A program made the translations under genes and the position numbers. A stretch of DNA of 64,000 nt, taken from NCBI GenBank assembly GCA_012727955.1, contig JAAYGB010000008.1, positions 2,111 to 66,110 on the forward strand. The letters run 5' to 3'. Below, piece after piece: positions 25,920-35,732 of the stretch. Positions within the stretch are counted from its first letter, which is position 1; each line of letters begins with the position of its first letter. The notes under the pieces were generated by a model. The model was not told the origin of the DNA and searched no databases. It saw only the letters and a program-made list of their open reading frames with translations. This DNA is from Bacillota bacterium. GTDB taxonomy: Bacteria; Bacillota; Limnochordia; DTU087; JAAYGB01.

Positions 25920-26996
25920 TTACTTGCCTGCCCTCTCTGCAGCAATTTGCTCGACCTCTGCCACCAGGGCCTCAACCAATTCTGCCTCGGGAACCTTGCG
26001 CACCACTTGCCCCTTCCTAAACAGAAGGGCAACTCCGTCACCGCCGGCAATGCCGACATCGGCCTCCCGGGCTTCACCAGGCCCGTTGACAACACAACCC
26101 ATCACTGCTACTGTCATCGGCACCGACAAACCGCCAATCCTTTCCTGCACCTCTTCCGCCACCGCGGCCAGATCAATCTGGCACCGGGCGCAAGTGGGAC
26201 AGGAAATCAGCTCGAGGCCTTGGTGGCGCAGCTGCAGTGCCCTCAGGATTTCCTCCGCCAGGATGACCTCCTGTACGGGATCACCGGTGAGGGAAACTCT
26301 AATGGTATCTCCCACCCCTGCGGCCAAGATGGCACCGATGCCCACTGCCGACTTCACAGTGCCTGATCGGACCGTTCCCGCCTCCGTCACCCCGATATGC
26401 AAGGGGTAGTTCACTTTGCTGGCCATCAGCTGGTAGGCAGCAATGGTCAGCGGGACACTGGAGGCCTTGAGCGAGATCACAATATCGGCGAAATTGAGAT
26501 CTTCTAATATCTTCACATGGCGTAGGGCAGCCTCCACCATGCCTTCTGGGGTTCTGCCATATCTCTGCAGAATGTCCCTGGGCAGTGATCCGCCGTTGAC
26601 GCCGATCCGGATAGGGATATTGCGCTCAGCAGCGGCTTTGACCACCGCTTCCACTCTGTCTCTGCTGCCAATATTGCCGGGGTTAATCCGCAGTTTGTGA
26701 ACCCCGGCCTCTATCGCACCTAGAGCCAAGCGATAATCAAAATGAATATCGGCCACCACCGGAATCGGAGACTGGGCGACAATCGCCGGCAGGGCTTCCA
26801 CTGCCGCTGCATGGGGAACAGCCAGCCGAATAATCTCACACCCCGCCTCAGCCAGAGCCTTGATTTGCTGCAGGGTGGCGGCGATGTCCTCGGTCCTGGT
26901 ATTGGTCATCGACTGAATTGACACCGGCGCGCCGCCACCGATAGGCACATCCTTCACCTTAACCTGTCTTGTCTGTTGCCTCAACCACACCAGCAA
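25920..26996 (-). CDS. ispG: 4-hydroxy-3-methylbut-2-en-1-yl diphosphate synthase (flavodoxin type)
   Basis: VPIGGGAPVSIQSMTNT, ADIHFDYRLAL, CPTCARC and VAVMGCVVNGPGEA. Confidence 0.95.
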   Translation of the reverse strand: MLVWLRQQTRQVKVKDVPIGGGAPVSIQSMTNTRTEDIAATLQQIKALAEAGCEIIRLAVPHAAAVEALPAIVAQSPIPVVADIHFDYRLALGAIEAGVHKLRINPGNIGSRDRVEAVVKAAAERNIPIRIGVNGGSLPRDILQRYGRTPEGMVEAALRHVKILEDLNFADIVISLKASSVPLTIAAYQLMASKVNYPLHIGVTEAGTVRSGTVKSAVGIGAILAAGVGDTIRVSLTGDPVQEVILAEEILRALQLRHQGLELISCPTCARCQIDLAAVAEEVQERIGGLSVPMTVAVMGCVVNGPGEAREADVGIAGGDGVALLFRKGQVVRKVPEAELVEALVAEVEQIAAERAGK

Positions 26997-27017
26997 AACC
27001 CCTCACCAAGTATAGTT

Positions 27018-28043
27018 CTAAAACAAACGGCGCAGATCCTGGGCCGTTGCAAATAAAACCAAGGCTAACAACAACACCAAGCCAATCATCTGAGCGGTGC
27101 CCTTATGCTCAGCGGGTATGGGTTTACCCCGCAGGGCCTCCCAGATAAAGAGCGTAATCCAACCCCCGTCGAGGACGGGAATCGGCAACAGATTGAACAG
27201 CCCGAGATTAATGCTGAGGACCGCGGTCAAGAAAAGGACATAGGCGCCTCCCATCTGGGCCGACTGACCGACGACCTGGACAATGCCGATGGGCCCGGAA
27301 AGTTCTGCCTCTACTCGTCCGGTAATCATACCAACGAGGGCCATCACCAGATCCCGAGTCATCTGCCAGGTGCGCAGGGTTCCCACCCTGACTGAGTCCC
27401 ACAGTCCCAACCGAGGCTTCTCCCATACCGAGATACCTAAGCGCACGACATCATCGCCGGGGTCTCGCTGAGGAGTCACCTGTAGTGTCTGCCGTTGGCC
27501 CTGCCGTTCGATGAGCAGATCCAAAGGAACACCTTCCTTACTTCTCACCACCTGATTTAGCTCGGTGATGCTGGTGATTTCTGTTCCGTCTACTTGGAGG
27601 ATGACATCTCCGGGCAGTAATCCCCCCTGATGGGCCGGAGAGTTGGGAACCACTCCTTGGACTGTAGGAGGGATGACGACAAAGGCAAAGTAGCCGCTGA
27701 GCAGCAGAATTGCCAAGAGAAAATTCATCGCGGGGCCGGCGGCGATCATTGCCACCCGCTGCCATAGGGGTCGGTTGAGGAAACTTCGGTCATCGGTCTC
27801 GCTGACCTCGTCCTCGGGATCATCCGGTTCATCTAGGCCCGCCACCCTGTTAAATCCCCCTAAGGGCAGTATTCGTAGGGAATACACCGTCTCACCCCAA
27901 CGGCGTTTGAACAAAGCAGGACCAATTCCCAAGGCAAACTCATGTACCTTGACCCCCACAGCCTTTGTGACAAGGAAATGACCCAACTCATGGAAAAATA
28001 TCAACGGTCCCAGCACTAAGACAAAGGTCAGAATTAGACTCAT
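27018..28043 (-). CDS. rseP: RIP metalloprotease RseP (M50 site-2 protease with PDZ domain)
   Basis: The HExxH motif FFHELGHF, a PDZ domain (GLLPGDVILQVDG), NLLPIPVLDGG, and several TM helices. Confidence 0.93.
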   Translation of the reverse strand: MSLILTFVLVLGPLIFFHELGHFLVTKAVGVKVHEFALGIGPALFKRRWGETVYSLRILPLGGFNRVAGLDEPDDPEDEVSETDDRSFLNRPLWQRVAMIAAGPAMNFLLAILLLSGYFAFVVIPPTVQGVVPNSPAHQGGLLPGDVILQVDGTEITSITELNQVVRSKEGVPLDLLIERQGQRQTLQVTPQRDPGDDVVRLGISVWEKPRLGLWDSVRVGTLRTWQMTRDLVMALVGMITGRVEAELSGPIGIVQVVGQSAQMGGAYVLFLTAVLSINLGLFNLLPIPVLDGGWITLFIWEALRGKPIPAEHKGTAQMIGLVLLLALVLFATAQDLRRLF

Positions 28044-29191
28044 CTACACCATCCTTTGACAATCTGATGAGCATGACTTCGAGCCCAGGCATCGCAAGCA
28101 AGGACTCCCTCCAATTCAGTCAAGGGCTGCACCTCATGGGACTGCATTACTTCCTCGACGACGCTAGCGATTGCCGTAAAGGGGAGCATCCCCTGCAGGA
28201 AAGCCTCGACGGCTACCTCGTTGGCGGCATTTAGCACTGCCGGCAGGCTGCCACCCACCTCAATGGCTTGGTAGGCGAGGGCCAAACAGGGAAAACGCTC
28301 AAAATCCGGAGGAAGGAATTCTAACCTGCTGGCTGAAAAGAGGTCTAACCCTTCCGTCGGAGCAGGCATCCGCTCTGGATAAGTTAGTGCATATTGTATC
28401 GGAATTTTCATGTCAGTGGGTCCCAGTTGGGCAATAACCGATCCATCAACATATTCTACCATAGAATGAACGATACTTTGGGGATGAACAACTACCTGGA
28501 TCCGATCACTGCCTACTTGGAACAGGTGCACTGCTTCAATTACTTCTAGCCCCTTGTTCATCATGGTAGCTGAATCGATGGTAATTTTCCCCCCCATCTG
28601 CCAAGTAGGATGGGCTAACGCCATCTGGGGGGTTACCTGCTCCATCTCCTGCAGGGAAAATCCGCGAAAGGGTCCTCCAGAAGCAGTCAGATAAATGCGC
28701 TTGAGATTCTCGGACTTTTCTCCGTTGAGACACTGGAAAATGGCACTGTGCTCACTGTCTACAGGTAAGATCCTTACTCCCTGCTGCTCTGCCATCTTCA
28801 TCACCAAGGGACCGGCAGCAACCAAGGTCTCCTTGTTTGATAGGGCAATATCCTTCCCTGCCTTAATAGCCCTGACCGTGGGGCTCACTCCCGCTGCCCC
28901 AACAATAGCCACGGCCACCAGATCACAATCTACCCTTTCCACCAGCTCTTCAATTCCCCGTTGTCCCGCCAACACCTGAAGGTCCCGCTGCCTTTGAGCC
29001 AGCTCCTTAGCCCGCTCTTCGTCAGCCACCGCAACGGTTTTCACCCCGAATTTGACTGCCTGCTCTGCTAACAGCTCAATATTGCTCCCAGCGGCCAACC
29101 CCGTTACCTGCCAGTCGGGCAATTGGGATATGACCTCCAGGGTCTGACGTCCAATGGAACCAGTCGAACCCAGCAACACTAGTTTCCGCAA
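28040..29191 (-). CDS. dxr: 1-deoxy-D-xylulose 5-phosphate reductoisomerase
   Basis: LVLLGSTGSIGRQTLEV, LPVDSEHSAIFQC, and NKGLEVIEA. TTG start at 29191, preceded by GGAGTGG. Confidence 0.95.
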   Translation of the reverse strand: MRKLVLLGSTGSIGRQTLEVISQLPDWQVTGLAAGSNIELLAEQAVKFGVKTVAVADEERAKELAQRQRDLQVLAGQRGIEELVERVDCDLVAVAIVGAAGVSPTVRAIKAGKDIALSNKETLVAAGPLVMKMAEQQGVRILPVDSEHSAIFQCLNGEKSENLKRIYLTASGGPFRGFSLQEMEQVTPQMALAHPTWQMGGKITIDSATMMNKGLEVIEAVHLFQVGSDRIQVVVHPQSIVHSMVEYVDGSVIAQLGPTDMKIPIQYALTYPERMPAPTEGLDLFSASRLEFLPPDFERFPCLALAYQAIEVGGSLPAVLNAANEVAVEAFLQGMLPFTAIASVVEEVMQSHEVQPLTELEGVLACDAWARSHAHQIVKGWCR

Positions 29192-29238
29192 ATTTTACCA
29201 CTCCATTCAGGGGATCTATTCCACCGAATCCTTGCTGA

Positions 29239-30282
29239 TTACTGCTCCAGTCGCGGCTGAATCAAGACCACGAAAAAGGCCTTGAGAACCACCATTGTCA
29301 AGGGTCCGAGGATAAACCCGGTAACCCCCAGGAATTGGGTTCCAAGGTAAATAGCAACCAGGGATGTCAAGGGATGGAGCCCGACATTTGAGGCGACAAT
29401 ATGTGGCTCCGACAGCTGCCGCACCAACAAAATAATTGCCAACACCGCCAATACCGCCAGCCCCTGCTCTGCTCGACCGATTCCGGTGTAATAAAGAGCT
29501 AAAGGCAAAAAGACTGCTCCGGGACCAATCATCGGCATCACATCAAAGAGTCCCGACAAGAACCCTAGAATCCATGGATAGGGCACCTTCAACACTAACA
29601 ATCCGGTTATGGCCAGGGTAGATGTTATGGTAACTAAGATTATCTGCGAACGGAGAAATCCCAAGATGCCGGTAGAGATCTCTGACTTGACTCGATTGGC
29701 ATCGGATTTCCATTGATTGGGAAGGAGACTTAAGAAGAATTGAAAAAAGCCCAACTTGTCTCGACTAATAAAAAACGTAGCCACACTGGCAATCGTCAAC
29801 GTCAAGAAAAAGCGAGGCACGGCCTTTACTATATCCAAGAACACAAGGGCAGCATCCTCAACGATACTGGCCAGACGGCTAAGGGTGTTCTGTCCGATTT
29901 TAGCCAAGGGCTCCGGTAAAGCATCAAGGCTGTGGTAGATGGACCGGACTCGATCCCACCACTTGGTCCAGTAATAACTCAAGTTTTCGCTATAGCTCGG
30001 TAATCTTTGGAGTAAGTCGGTCAGCTCAGCGGAAATGTTAATCACCAGCAGAGAGAAAAAGCACACCACTATGACCAGGACGACGAGCAGGACAATAATA
30101 ACGGCACTACCTCGGGAAATAGGTAAATGCTGGTCCAAGTAATCAACCGCGGGATCGATGAGAGAGGCCAGCAATAACGCAACAACAAAGGGTGTCAGGT
30201 AAGGAAGTAAGTACTTAACTAGGAGGGCGGTTACCAGGATTAACCCCAACATCACTAAACCTAGTCGCTGTACCTGTGCCAA
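29239..30282 (-). CDS. AI-2E family transporter (UPF0118/PerM; YtvI-like)
   Basis: 347 aa with about 8 TM helices. FFISRDKL and DVMPMIGPGAVFLP are motifs typical of the AI-2E/YtvI family. Confidence 0.75.
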   Translation of the reverse strand: MAQVQRLGLVMLGLILVTALLVKYLLPYLTPFVVALLLASLIDPAVDYLDQHLPISRGSAVIIVLLVVLVIVVCFFSLLVINISAELTDLLQRLPSYSENLSYYWTKWWDRVRSIYHSLDALPEPLAKIGQNTLSRLASIVEDAALVFLDIVKAVPRFFLTLTIASVATFFISRDKLGFFQFFLSLLPNQWKSDANRVKSEISTGILGFLRSQIILVTITSTLAITGLLVLKVPYPWILGFLSGLFDVMPMIGPGAVFLPLALYYTGIGRAEQGLAVLAVLAIILLVRQLSEPHIVASNVGLHPLTSLVAIYLGTQFLGVTGFILGPLTMVVLKAFFVVLIQPRLEQ

Positions 30283-30304
30283 TCGGTCACCCCCAGGACC
30301 CGAC

Positions 30305-31093
30305 CTATCCTTGCATCATAGAAACTATGTAAAACATCACCGGGACCACAAAGACTAAGCTATCGAAGCGATCCAAAACGCCTCCATGGCCAGGAAAGAT
30401 CCGCCCGGAATCCTTAACCTTGGCTTGCCGCTTCATCGCCGATTCCGTCAGATCCCCCACTTGGCCAACCACGGAGATCACAATCCCTAACCACCAAACA
30501 TGACCCAATGCCAACCCTAACGCCGACCCCAGAAGGACAGCCAACAGGGCGCTGAACACAATACCACCGACGGCACCCTCAATGCTCTTGTTAGGGCTAA
30601 TCTTTGGCGCCAGTTTTGTCCGACCCCAAAGGGAGCCAACTACATAGGCTCCAATATCCGACGCCCAGGTACAACCCACGGAAAGCAGCAGCCAACCTAA
30701 GCCCTGTTCCAGATTGCGCAGCAAAATTACGTGGGAGGGCAGCACTCCCCAATACATCCAAGCCAATAGCAAAAAAGCCACTGGCTGTACTCCTTGCCCC
30801 CGGGGCTGCAGACAGAAGTATACCAAGGCCAGAAGGGTCAAGACCGTCAGGGCTAGTGCCCGAGCCTCCCCTCCAATATATGCAGCGGCGATAATTAGTA
30901 GCCCTCCCAGGGCAAACCACAGGGTACCGGGAACCTCGCCGTCAAAGACACCGCCTAACATTCGTCGCAGCTCCAACAACCCCAAGACAACGATGGCAGA
31001 CACTCCCAGGGCTAAGGGCCAGGAGCCCTGTAGGATTACCCACACACCTAAGGGAATTCCGATAACCACAGTCAGTAAACGCTGCCAGAACAT
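30305..31093 (-). CDS. cdsA: Phosphatidate cytidylyltransferase
   Basis: Polytopic membrane protein. KISPNKSIEGAVGG and SAMKRQAKVKDSGRIFPGHGGVLDRFDS form the CdsA signature. Confidence 0.93.
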   Translation of the reverse strand: MFWQRLLTVVIGIPLGVWVILQGSWPLALGVSAIVVLGLLELRRMLGGVFDGEVPGTLWFALGGLLIIAAAYIGGEARALALTVLTLLALVYFCLQPRGQGVQPVAFLLLAWMYWGVLPSHVILLRNLEQGLGWLLLSVGCTWASDIGAYVVGSLWGRTKLAPKISPNKSIEGAVGGIVFSALLAVLLGSALGLALGHVWWLGIVISVVGQVGDLTESAMKRQAKVKDSGRIFPGHGGVLDRFDSLVFVVPVMFYIVSMMQG

Positions 31094-31129
31094 CGACTCA
31101 TCCTCCCCACAACCTAGCCCTGCTGGCTA

Positions 31130-31933
31130 TCAACCTAATCCACCGAAACGCCGCTCTCGCCTCACGTAACAATCAATAGCCTGCCGCAGGGCTGCCCCGT
31201 CAAAATCTGGCCAAAACAGATCGGTAACAACGAGTTCAGAGTAGGCCGATTGCCACAATAGAAAATTGCTCAATCGCATTTCACCACCGGTGCGAATCAC
31301 CAGGTCTGGATCGGGTATCTCAGCGGTATACAAGAAACTAGCAAACCCTTCCTCGGTCAACTCATCGGGGTTTAGCTCACCAGCTAGAACCTTCTGGCAG
31401 ACCCTACGGCAGGCCTCGACGATTTCACTCCGCCCGCCATAATTGAGAGCAATCTGCAACCGCAAACCGTCGTTGCCCTCCGTCCGCTTAACGGCCTGGG
31501 CCACTGCTTCCTGCAGGGACTCTGGCAAGGGAGTCAGATCCCCGAGGACCCGAATCTTCACGTCATTTCCCACCAATTCGTCAATCTCAGTTCGCAGACC
31601 CTCAGATAATAAATAGAATAGAAAGTCTATTTCCGACTGCGGTCGACGCCAGTTCTCTGTGGAAAAGGCATACACCGTCAAATAGGCAATGCCCAAATTG
31701 TGAGCCTCCCGCACCGTCTTCTTTAGAGCCTCTACCCCTGCCCTGTGTCCATTGGATCTAACCAATCCCCTAGCCGTCGCCCACCTGCCATTTCCGTCCA
31801 TAATGATGGCGACATGCTGTGGCAGTTGCTTCTTATCCCACTGTCTGCATGCCGGAGCATCGCCGGTGGAAGCCGTCAACTGCACAGTGTTAGCTTTAGA
31901 CGAAATACCAGTCAATTTCTTCCACCAAGCCAT
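31130..31933 (-). CDS. uppS: Isoprenyl transferase (undecaprenyl diphosphate synthase)
   Basis: HVAIIMDGNGRWA, YAFSTENWRRP, RTGGEMRLSNFLLWQSAYSEL. Confidence 0.95.
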   Translation of the reverse strand: MAWWKKLTGISSKANTVQLTASTGDAPACRQWDKKQLPQHVAIIMDGNGRWATARGLVRSNGHRAGVEALKKTVREAHNLGIAYLTVYAFSTENWRRPQSEIDFLFYLLSEGLRTEIDELVGNDVKIRVLGDLTPLPESLQEAVAQAVKRTEGNDGLRLQIALNYGGRSEIVEACRRVCQKVLAGELNPDELTEEGFASFLYTAEIPDPDLVIRTGGEMRLSNFLLWQSAYSELVVTDLFWPDFDGAALRQAIDCYVRRERRFGGLG

Positions 31934-31962
31934 CCCTCTAGCCTTCCTTCCCTAACTTAATT

Positions 31963-32004
31963 GCCCCCTCATGTGGCATGCAAGCCTCACCAACATGAGG
32001 GGGC
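31963..32004 (-). other. Perfect 12-bp inverted repeat with an 18-nt loop between the small ORF and uppS (possible weak terminator or processing hairpin)
   Basis: GCCCCCTCATGT (31963-31974) and ACATGAGGGGGC (31993-32004). On the minus strand it is followed by AATTAAGTTA, which is not a clean U-tract. Confidence 0.5.
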
Positions 32005-32017
32005 AGAAACTCCCCAT

Positions 32018-32248
32018 TCAAATGAACTCACGAGCCCACGTCAACTTGAGGATGTCTCCTGAGCTTTGCTCCACTCTGATCACGCGCTTACCGGCTGCAG
32101 TTCCCCTTCGAGTCGTGGGACATGATTCCGTTGTCGTCCACCGATATCCCCGGGCCTGCAAATAGGCCTCAACAACCTCCAGAGGTTGTCCAAGGAACCG
32201 GTCGTCTTCTCGACTTTGTTCATTCCTGTGCTGATCTCCAGGAGTCAA
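32018..32248 (-). CDS. Hypothetical 76-aa protein, apparently translationally coupled to frr
   Basis: The TTG start at 32248 lies 3 nt after the frr stop, with GGAGG 8 nt upstream (inside the frr 3' end). The translation is (M)TPGDQHRNEQSREDDRFLGQPLEVVEAYLQARGYRWTTTES...GKRVIRVEQSSGDILKLTWAREFI. I recognise no family. The pattern is loosely PASTA-like. Confidence 0.35.
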   Translation of the reverse strand: MTPGDQHRNEQSREDDRFLGQPLEVVEAYLQARGYRWTTTESCPTTRRGTAAGKRVIRVEQSSGDILKLTWAREFI

Positions 32249-32251
32249 ACC

Positions 32252-32812
32252 CTAAACCTCCATGATTTCAGCTTCTTTGCTGGCTAAGAGCTCGTCAATC
32301 TGCGCGATATACTTGTCCGTTAACTCCTGAACTTCCTTTTCCCAACGGCGTTCATCGTCTTCCGACAACTCAGAGTCCTTAGCCAGTTTCTTTAGCTGCT
32401 CGTTGGCATCTCGTCGGACGTTACGAACGGCAATGCGCTTTTCTTCAGCGTTCTTACGGACCACCCGCACCAAGTCCTTGCGGCGCTCTTCTGTCAATGT
32501 CGGAATCGCAATTCGAATCACATTGCCGTCGTTGTTGGGAGTTAAACCGAGGTCTGAGGCCAAAATCGCCTTCTCAATCGCCTTGATGGAACTCTTGTCA
32601 TAGGGCTGAATCACAAGCAGCCGTGGCTCCGGCGTCGAAATGTTAGCCAGCTGATTCAACGGGGTGTCAGTCCCGTAATATTCTACAGTCACCCGGTCCA
32701 GGAGTGCAGGGCTGGCGCGCCCAGTTCGAATCGATGCGAAGTCTCTCCTCGTGGCAGAAATCACCGCCTGCATCTTTCCTTCTGCTTCTTTGTAAACACT
32801 TTCGGCTGGCAA
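32252..32812 (-). CDS. frr: Ribosome recycling factor
   Basis: ORF 32252..32830. [39 protein letters not shown] chose TTG at 32812, which has GGGAGGGAG 5 nt upstream and sits just after the pyrH stop. This gives a typical 186-aa RRF. Confidence 0.93.
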   Translation of the reverse strand: MPAESVYKEAEGKMQAVISATRRDFASIRTGRASPALLDRVTVEYYGTDTPLNQLANISTPEPRLLVIQPYDKSSIKAIEKAILASDLGLTPNNDGNVIRIAIPTLTEERRKDLVRVVRKNAEEKRIAVRNVRRDANEQLKKLAKDSELSEDDERRWEKEVQELTDKYIAQIDELLASKEAEIMEV

Positions 32813-32813
32813 C

Positions 32814-33536
32814 TTATCTCCCTCCCACATAGCTCCCTATTTTCTGACCCATGACGGCCTTAACAATATTCTGTGGCTTACCAAAATCGAAAACGATAAT
32901 AGGGATGCGATTGTCCATACATAGGGATGTAGCCGTAGAATCCATAACCCCCAGACCCTGGGAAATTACATCGAGGTAATCTAGGTGGTCATACTTCACC
33001 GCATTGGGATTGACATTGGGATCCATGTCGTAAATCCCATCGACGCCCCGCTTGGCCATCAAAATCACATCAGCCTCGATTTCAGCAGCCCGCAGAGCAG
33101 CAGTCGTATCGGTGGAGAAATATGGATTCCCCGTTCCGGAGGCAAAAATCACGACCCGACCCTTTTCCAAGTGTCGCATGGCTCGACGGCGAATATAGGG
33201 TTCAGCGATCTGACGCATCTCAATCGCGGTCATCACTCGAGTCTCCAGACCCATGGATTCCAAGGCATCTTGAAAGGCCAGAGAATTGATCACGGTAGCT
33301 AACATTCCCATGTAGTCCGCTGTGGTCCGATCCATGCCCTTAGCGCTACCGGTGGCTCCTCGCCAGATGTTCCCACCGCCGACGACAATAGCCACTTCAA
33401 CTCCTAGTTCCACTACAGCCATAATCTCTTTACAAATCGAGTTGACTACCGGCAGATCAATTCCAAATCCCTGTTCGCCAGCCAGAGCCTCACCACTTAG
33501 CTTCAGTACGATTCGGCGATATCTCGGCTTTTCCAT
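32814..33536 (-). CDS. pyrH: UMP kinase
   Basis: ORF 32814..33608. [37 protein letters not shown], and [14 protein letters not shown]. The ATG at 33536 lies 6 nt after GGGGAG. Confidence 0.95.
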   Translation of the reverse strand: MEKPRYRRIVLKLSGEALAGEQGFGIDLPVVNSICKEIMAVVELGVEVAIVVGGGNIWRGATGSAKGMDRTTADYMGMLATVINSLAFQDALESMGLETRVMTAIEMRQIAEPYIRRRAMRHLEKGRVVIFASGTGNPYFSTDTTAALRAAEIEADVILMAKRGVDGIYDMDPNVNPNAVKYDHLDYLDVISQGLGVMDSTATSLCMDNRIPIIVFDFGKPQNIVKAVMGQKIGSYVGGR

Positions 33537-33605
33537 CCCCATCTCCCCTATTAGTTTCTTCGTCGGAATTCCACTTCCTGCTAATTGTCCCCTCAGAGAC
33601 TTTCG

Positions 33606-33634
33606 CAAAAAAAGAGAACACCGAAGTGTTCTCT
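33606..33634 (-). terminator. Rho-independent terminator after tsf
   Basis: The minus strand reads AGAGAACACttcgGTGTTCTCTTTTTTTG: a 9-bp stem (33613-33621 pairs with 33626-33634) plus T7. The stem overlaps the tsf stop codon. Confidence 0.85.
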
Positions 33635-34607
33635 ACTTATTCAGTTCGGCCATCACTTCAGCAGCAAAATCATCGCTTCTCTTCTCGAGACCGGCACCCT
33701 TTTCGTAGCGGACAAACTGGGTTACCTGCAAGTTGACGCCAACTTCCTTCGATACTTTCTCAACATATTGGCCAACGGTCAGATCAGAATCCTTGACAAA
33801 CTCTTGCTCCACCAAACAGGCTTCGGAGAAGAACTTGCCCAATCGCCCCTCAACGATGCGATCGATGATTTGCTCCGGCTTGCCTTCATTGAGGGCAGCG
33901 TTTCTGTAGATCTCCCGCTCTCTAGCGAGAACATCTTCAGTAACATCCTCGCGGCTGACAAACTCCGGACGCATCGCAGCTACCTGCATTCCCAGATCCC
34001 GAGCCAATGCTACCACCGGCTCAACATCGGTTAACGCCTGCTCGGCACGAACCTCCACCAATACTCCCACGCGGCCACCTAGGTGGATGTAGGACCCGAC
34101 TACGCCGTTGTCACCCTCTGGAATCTCAAAACGAGAGAAACGACGAATCGACATGTTCTCTCCAATTGCAGCAATTTTCTCCTTCAGTACATGACCCACG
34201 GTCTTCTCGGGATCATCGATGTAGGGCTGCTCCAGGAGCGCTGCGGACGCATCAGCACCTTCAGGCAGCTCATCGGTGGTGACACAAAGGGGATTCTTCT
34301 CTACCACTTGACGAGCCACAGACTTAACGAAGTCCTGGAACTCTTGGGTCTTGGCAACGAAGTCAGTTTCACAGTTGACCTCAACCAAGGAGCCGGCCCG
34401 ATGCTCAGCATCCACATATGTATCGACTAAGCCCTCAGCTGCAATCCTATGAGCCTTCTTGGCAGCAGCGGCCAAACCCTTCTCCCGCAACAGAGCAACA
34501 GCAGCCTCCATATCTCCGTTAGTCTCTGCCAATGCCCTCTTGCAGTCCATAATTCCGGCGCCGGTCTGCTCCCGCAAATCTTTAACCATCTTAGCCGTAA
34601 CAGCCAT
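33633..34607 (-). CDS. tsf: Elongation factor Ts
   Basis: MAVTAKMVKDLREQTGAGIMDCKRALAETNGDMEAAVALLREKG (UBA domain). The ATG at 34607 lies 8 nt after GGAGG. Confidence 0.95.
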   Translation of the reverse strand: MAVTAKMVKDLREQTGAGIMDCKRALAETNGDMEAAVALLREKGLAAAAKKAHRIAAEGLVDTYVDAEHRAGSLVEVNCETDFVAKTQEFQDFVKSVARQVVEKNPLCVTTDELPEGADASAALLEQPYIDDPEKTVGHVLKEKIAAIGENMSIRRFSRFEIPEGDNGVVGSYIHLGGRVGVLVEVRAEQALTDVEPVVALARDLGMQVAAMRPEFVSREDVTEDVLAREREIYRNAALNEGKPEQIIDRIVEGRLGKFFSEACLVEQEFVKDSDLTVGQYVEKVSKEVGVNLQVTQFVRYEKGAGLEKRSDDFAAEVMAELNK

Positions 34608-34703
34608 CGGCATTACCTCCCTGCTCAAATAAAGGGAGAGAAAGGCTCCCCTTCCCTCCCTTTCCCATTCAACTACCCAATGTTACATCGCCTATGCCTT
34701 TAC

Positions 34704-35480
34704 TTACTCCTCTTCGCCTTCGTCCTGGGCGTCGGTCTCGACCTCCAAGGCCACTTCCTCGACATCGGACCTGTCTTGATCAGCCGGAACATCCTGCTGA
34801 CCTTCCTTACCCTCCAGCACGGCATCGGCGATGATACCGGTCAGAAGGCGAATAGCGCGAATTGCATCGTCGTTGCCAGGGATAACGTAATCCACTTCAT
34901 CGGGATCACAGTTGGTATCCACGATAGCTACAACAGGAATACCCAACTTGCGAGCTTCAGCAATGGCGATCCGCTCTTTGCGAGGATCGATGATGAACAC
35001 CGCTCCCGGCAATCTATCCATCTCGCGAATTCCACCCAAGAACCGCTGCAACTTATCCATCTCCTTGCGCAGGATAGCAGCTTCCTTCTTGGGTAGAAGC
35101 TCCATTGCACCCTCTTCTTCCATCCTCTCGAGCTCCTTCAAACGAGCAACCCGACTGCGGATGGTTGTGAAGTTGGTGAGCATTCCACCGAGCCATCTCT
35201 CGTTGACGTAGAACTCACCGCACCGCTGAGCTTCCTCGAAGACAGTGTCATGGGCCTGCTTCTTGGTCCCAACAAAGAGGATCCTCTCCCCATTTGCCAC
35301 CGTCTCCCGGATAAAATTGTATGCCCGCTCCACTAGGCGCACGGTTTTCTGCAGGTCGATAATGTAAATGCCATTTCGCTCGGTGAAAATATACTCCTTC
35401 ATTTTTGGGTTCCACCGTCTCGTCTGGTGGCCAAAGTGAACGCCGGCTTCGAGCAATTGCTTCATTGACACGAGTGCCAT
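34704..35480 (-). CDS. rpsB: 30S ribosomal protein S2
   Basis: [27 protein letters not shown]...[10 protein letters not shown], with an acidic C-terminal tail. Confidence 0.96.
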   Translation of the reverse strand: MALVSMKQLLEAGVHFGHQTRRWNPKMKEYIFTERNGIYIIDLQKTVRLVERAYNFIRETVANGERILFVGTKKQAHDTVFEEAQRCGEFYVNERWLGGMLTNFTTIRSRVARLKELERMEEEGAMELLPKKEAAILRKEMDKLQRFLGGIREMDRLPGAVFIIDPRKERIAIAEARKLGIPVVAIVDTNCDPDEVDYVIPGNDDAIRAIRLLTGIIADAVLEGKEGQQDVPADQDRSDVEEVALEVETDAQDEGEEE

Positions 35481-35601
35481 TCGTCCACCTCCTCTCTTGG
35501 TTTTTTCCTCCGGTCAACTCATCCTCCGAGCCCTTCGACAGCAGAACTGCCATCGACACCGAGACTCAAAGTCCTTGACCGTGTGTATTCACACCTTGGA
35601 T

Positions 35602-35630
35602 AGTATACCATAACCTACTTGTCCAAGCAA
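35602..35630 (-). promoter_or_regulatory. Candidate sigma-A promoter for rpsB-tsf
   Basis: The minus strand has TTGCTT (35630-35625), a 17-nt spacer ending in TGG (extended -10), then TATACT (35607-35602). This leaves a ~115-nt leader. Confidence 0.45.
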
Positions 35631-35732
35631 TGTTAGATTAGGAGTCTTTTTCATAAATCCCACTAACCTGGCTTACTTAGTATACCCATAATTCCAACTC
35701 TGTGTGCAACAGGTCGGGTATCAATGAGAAAG

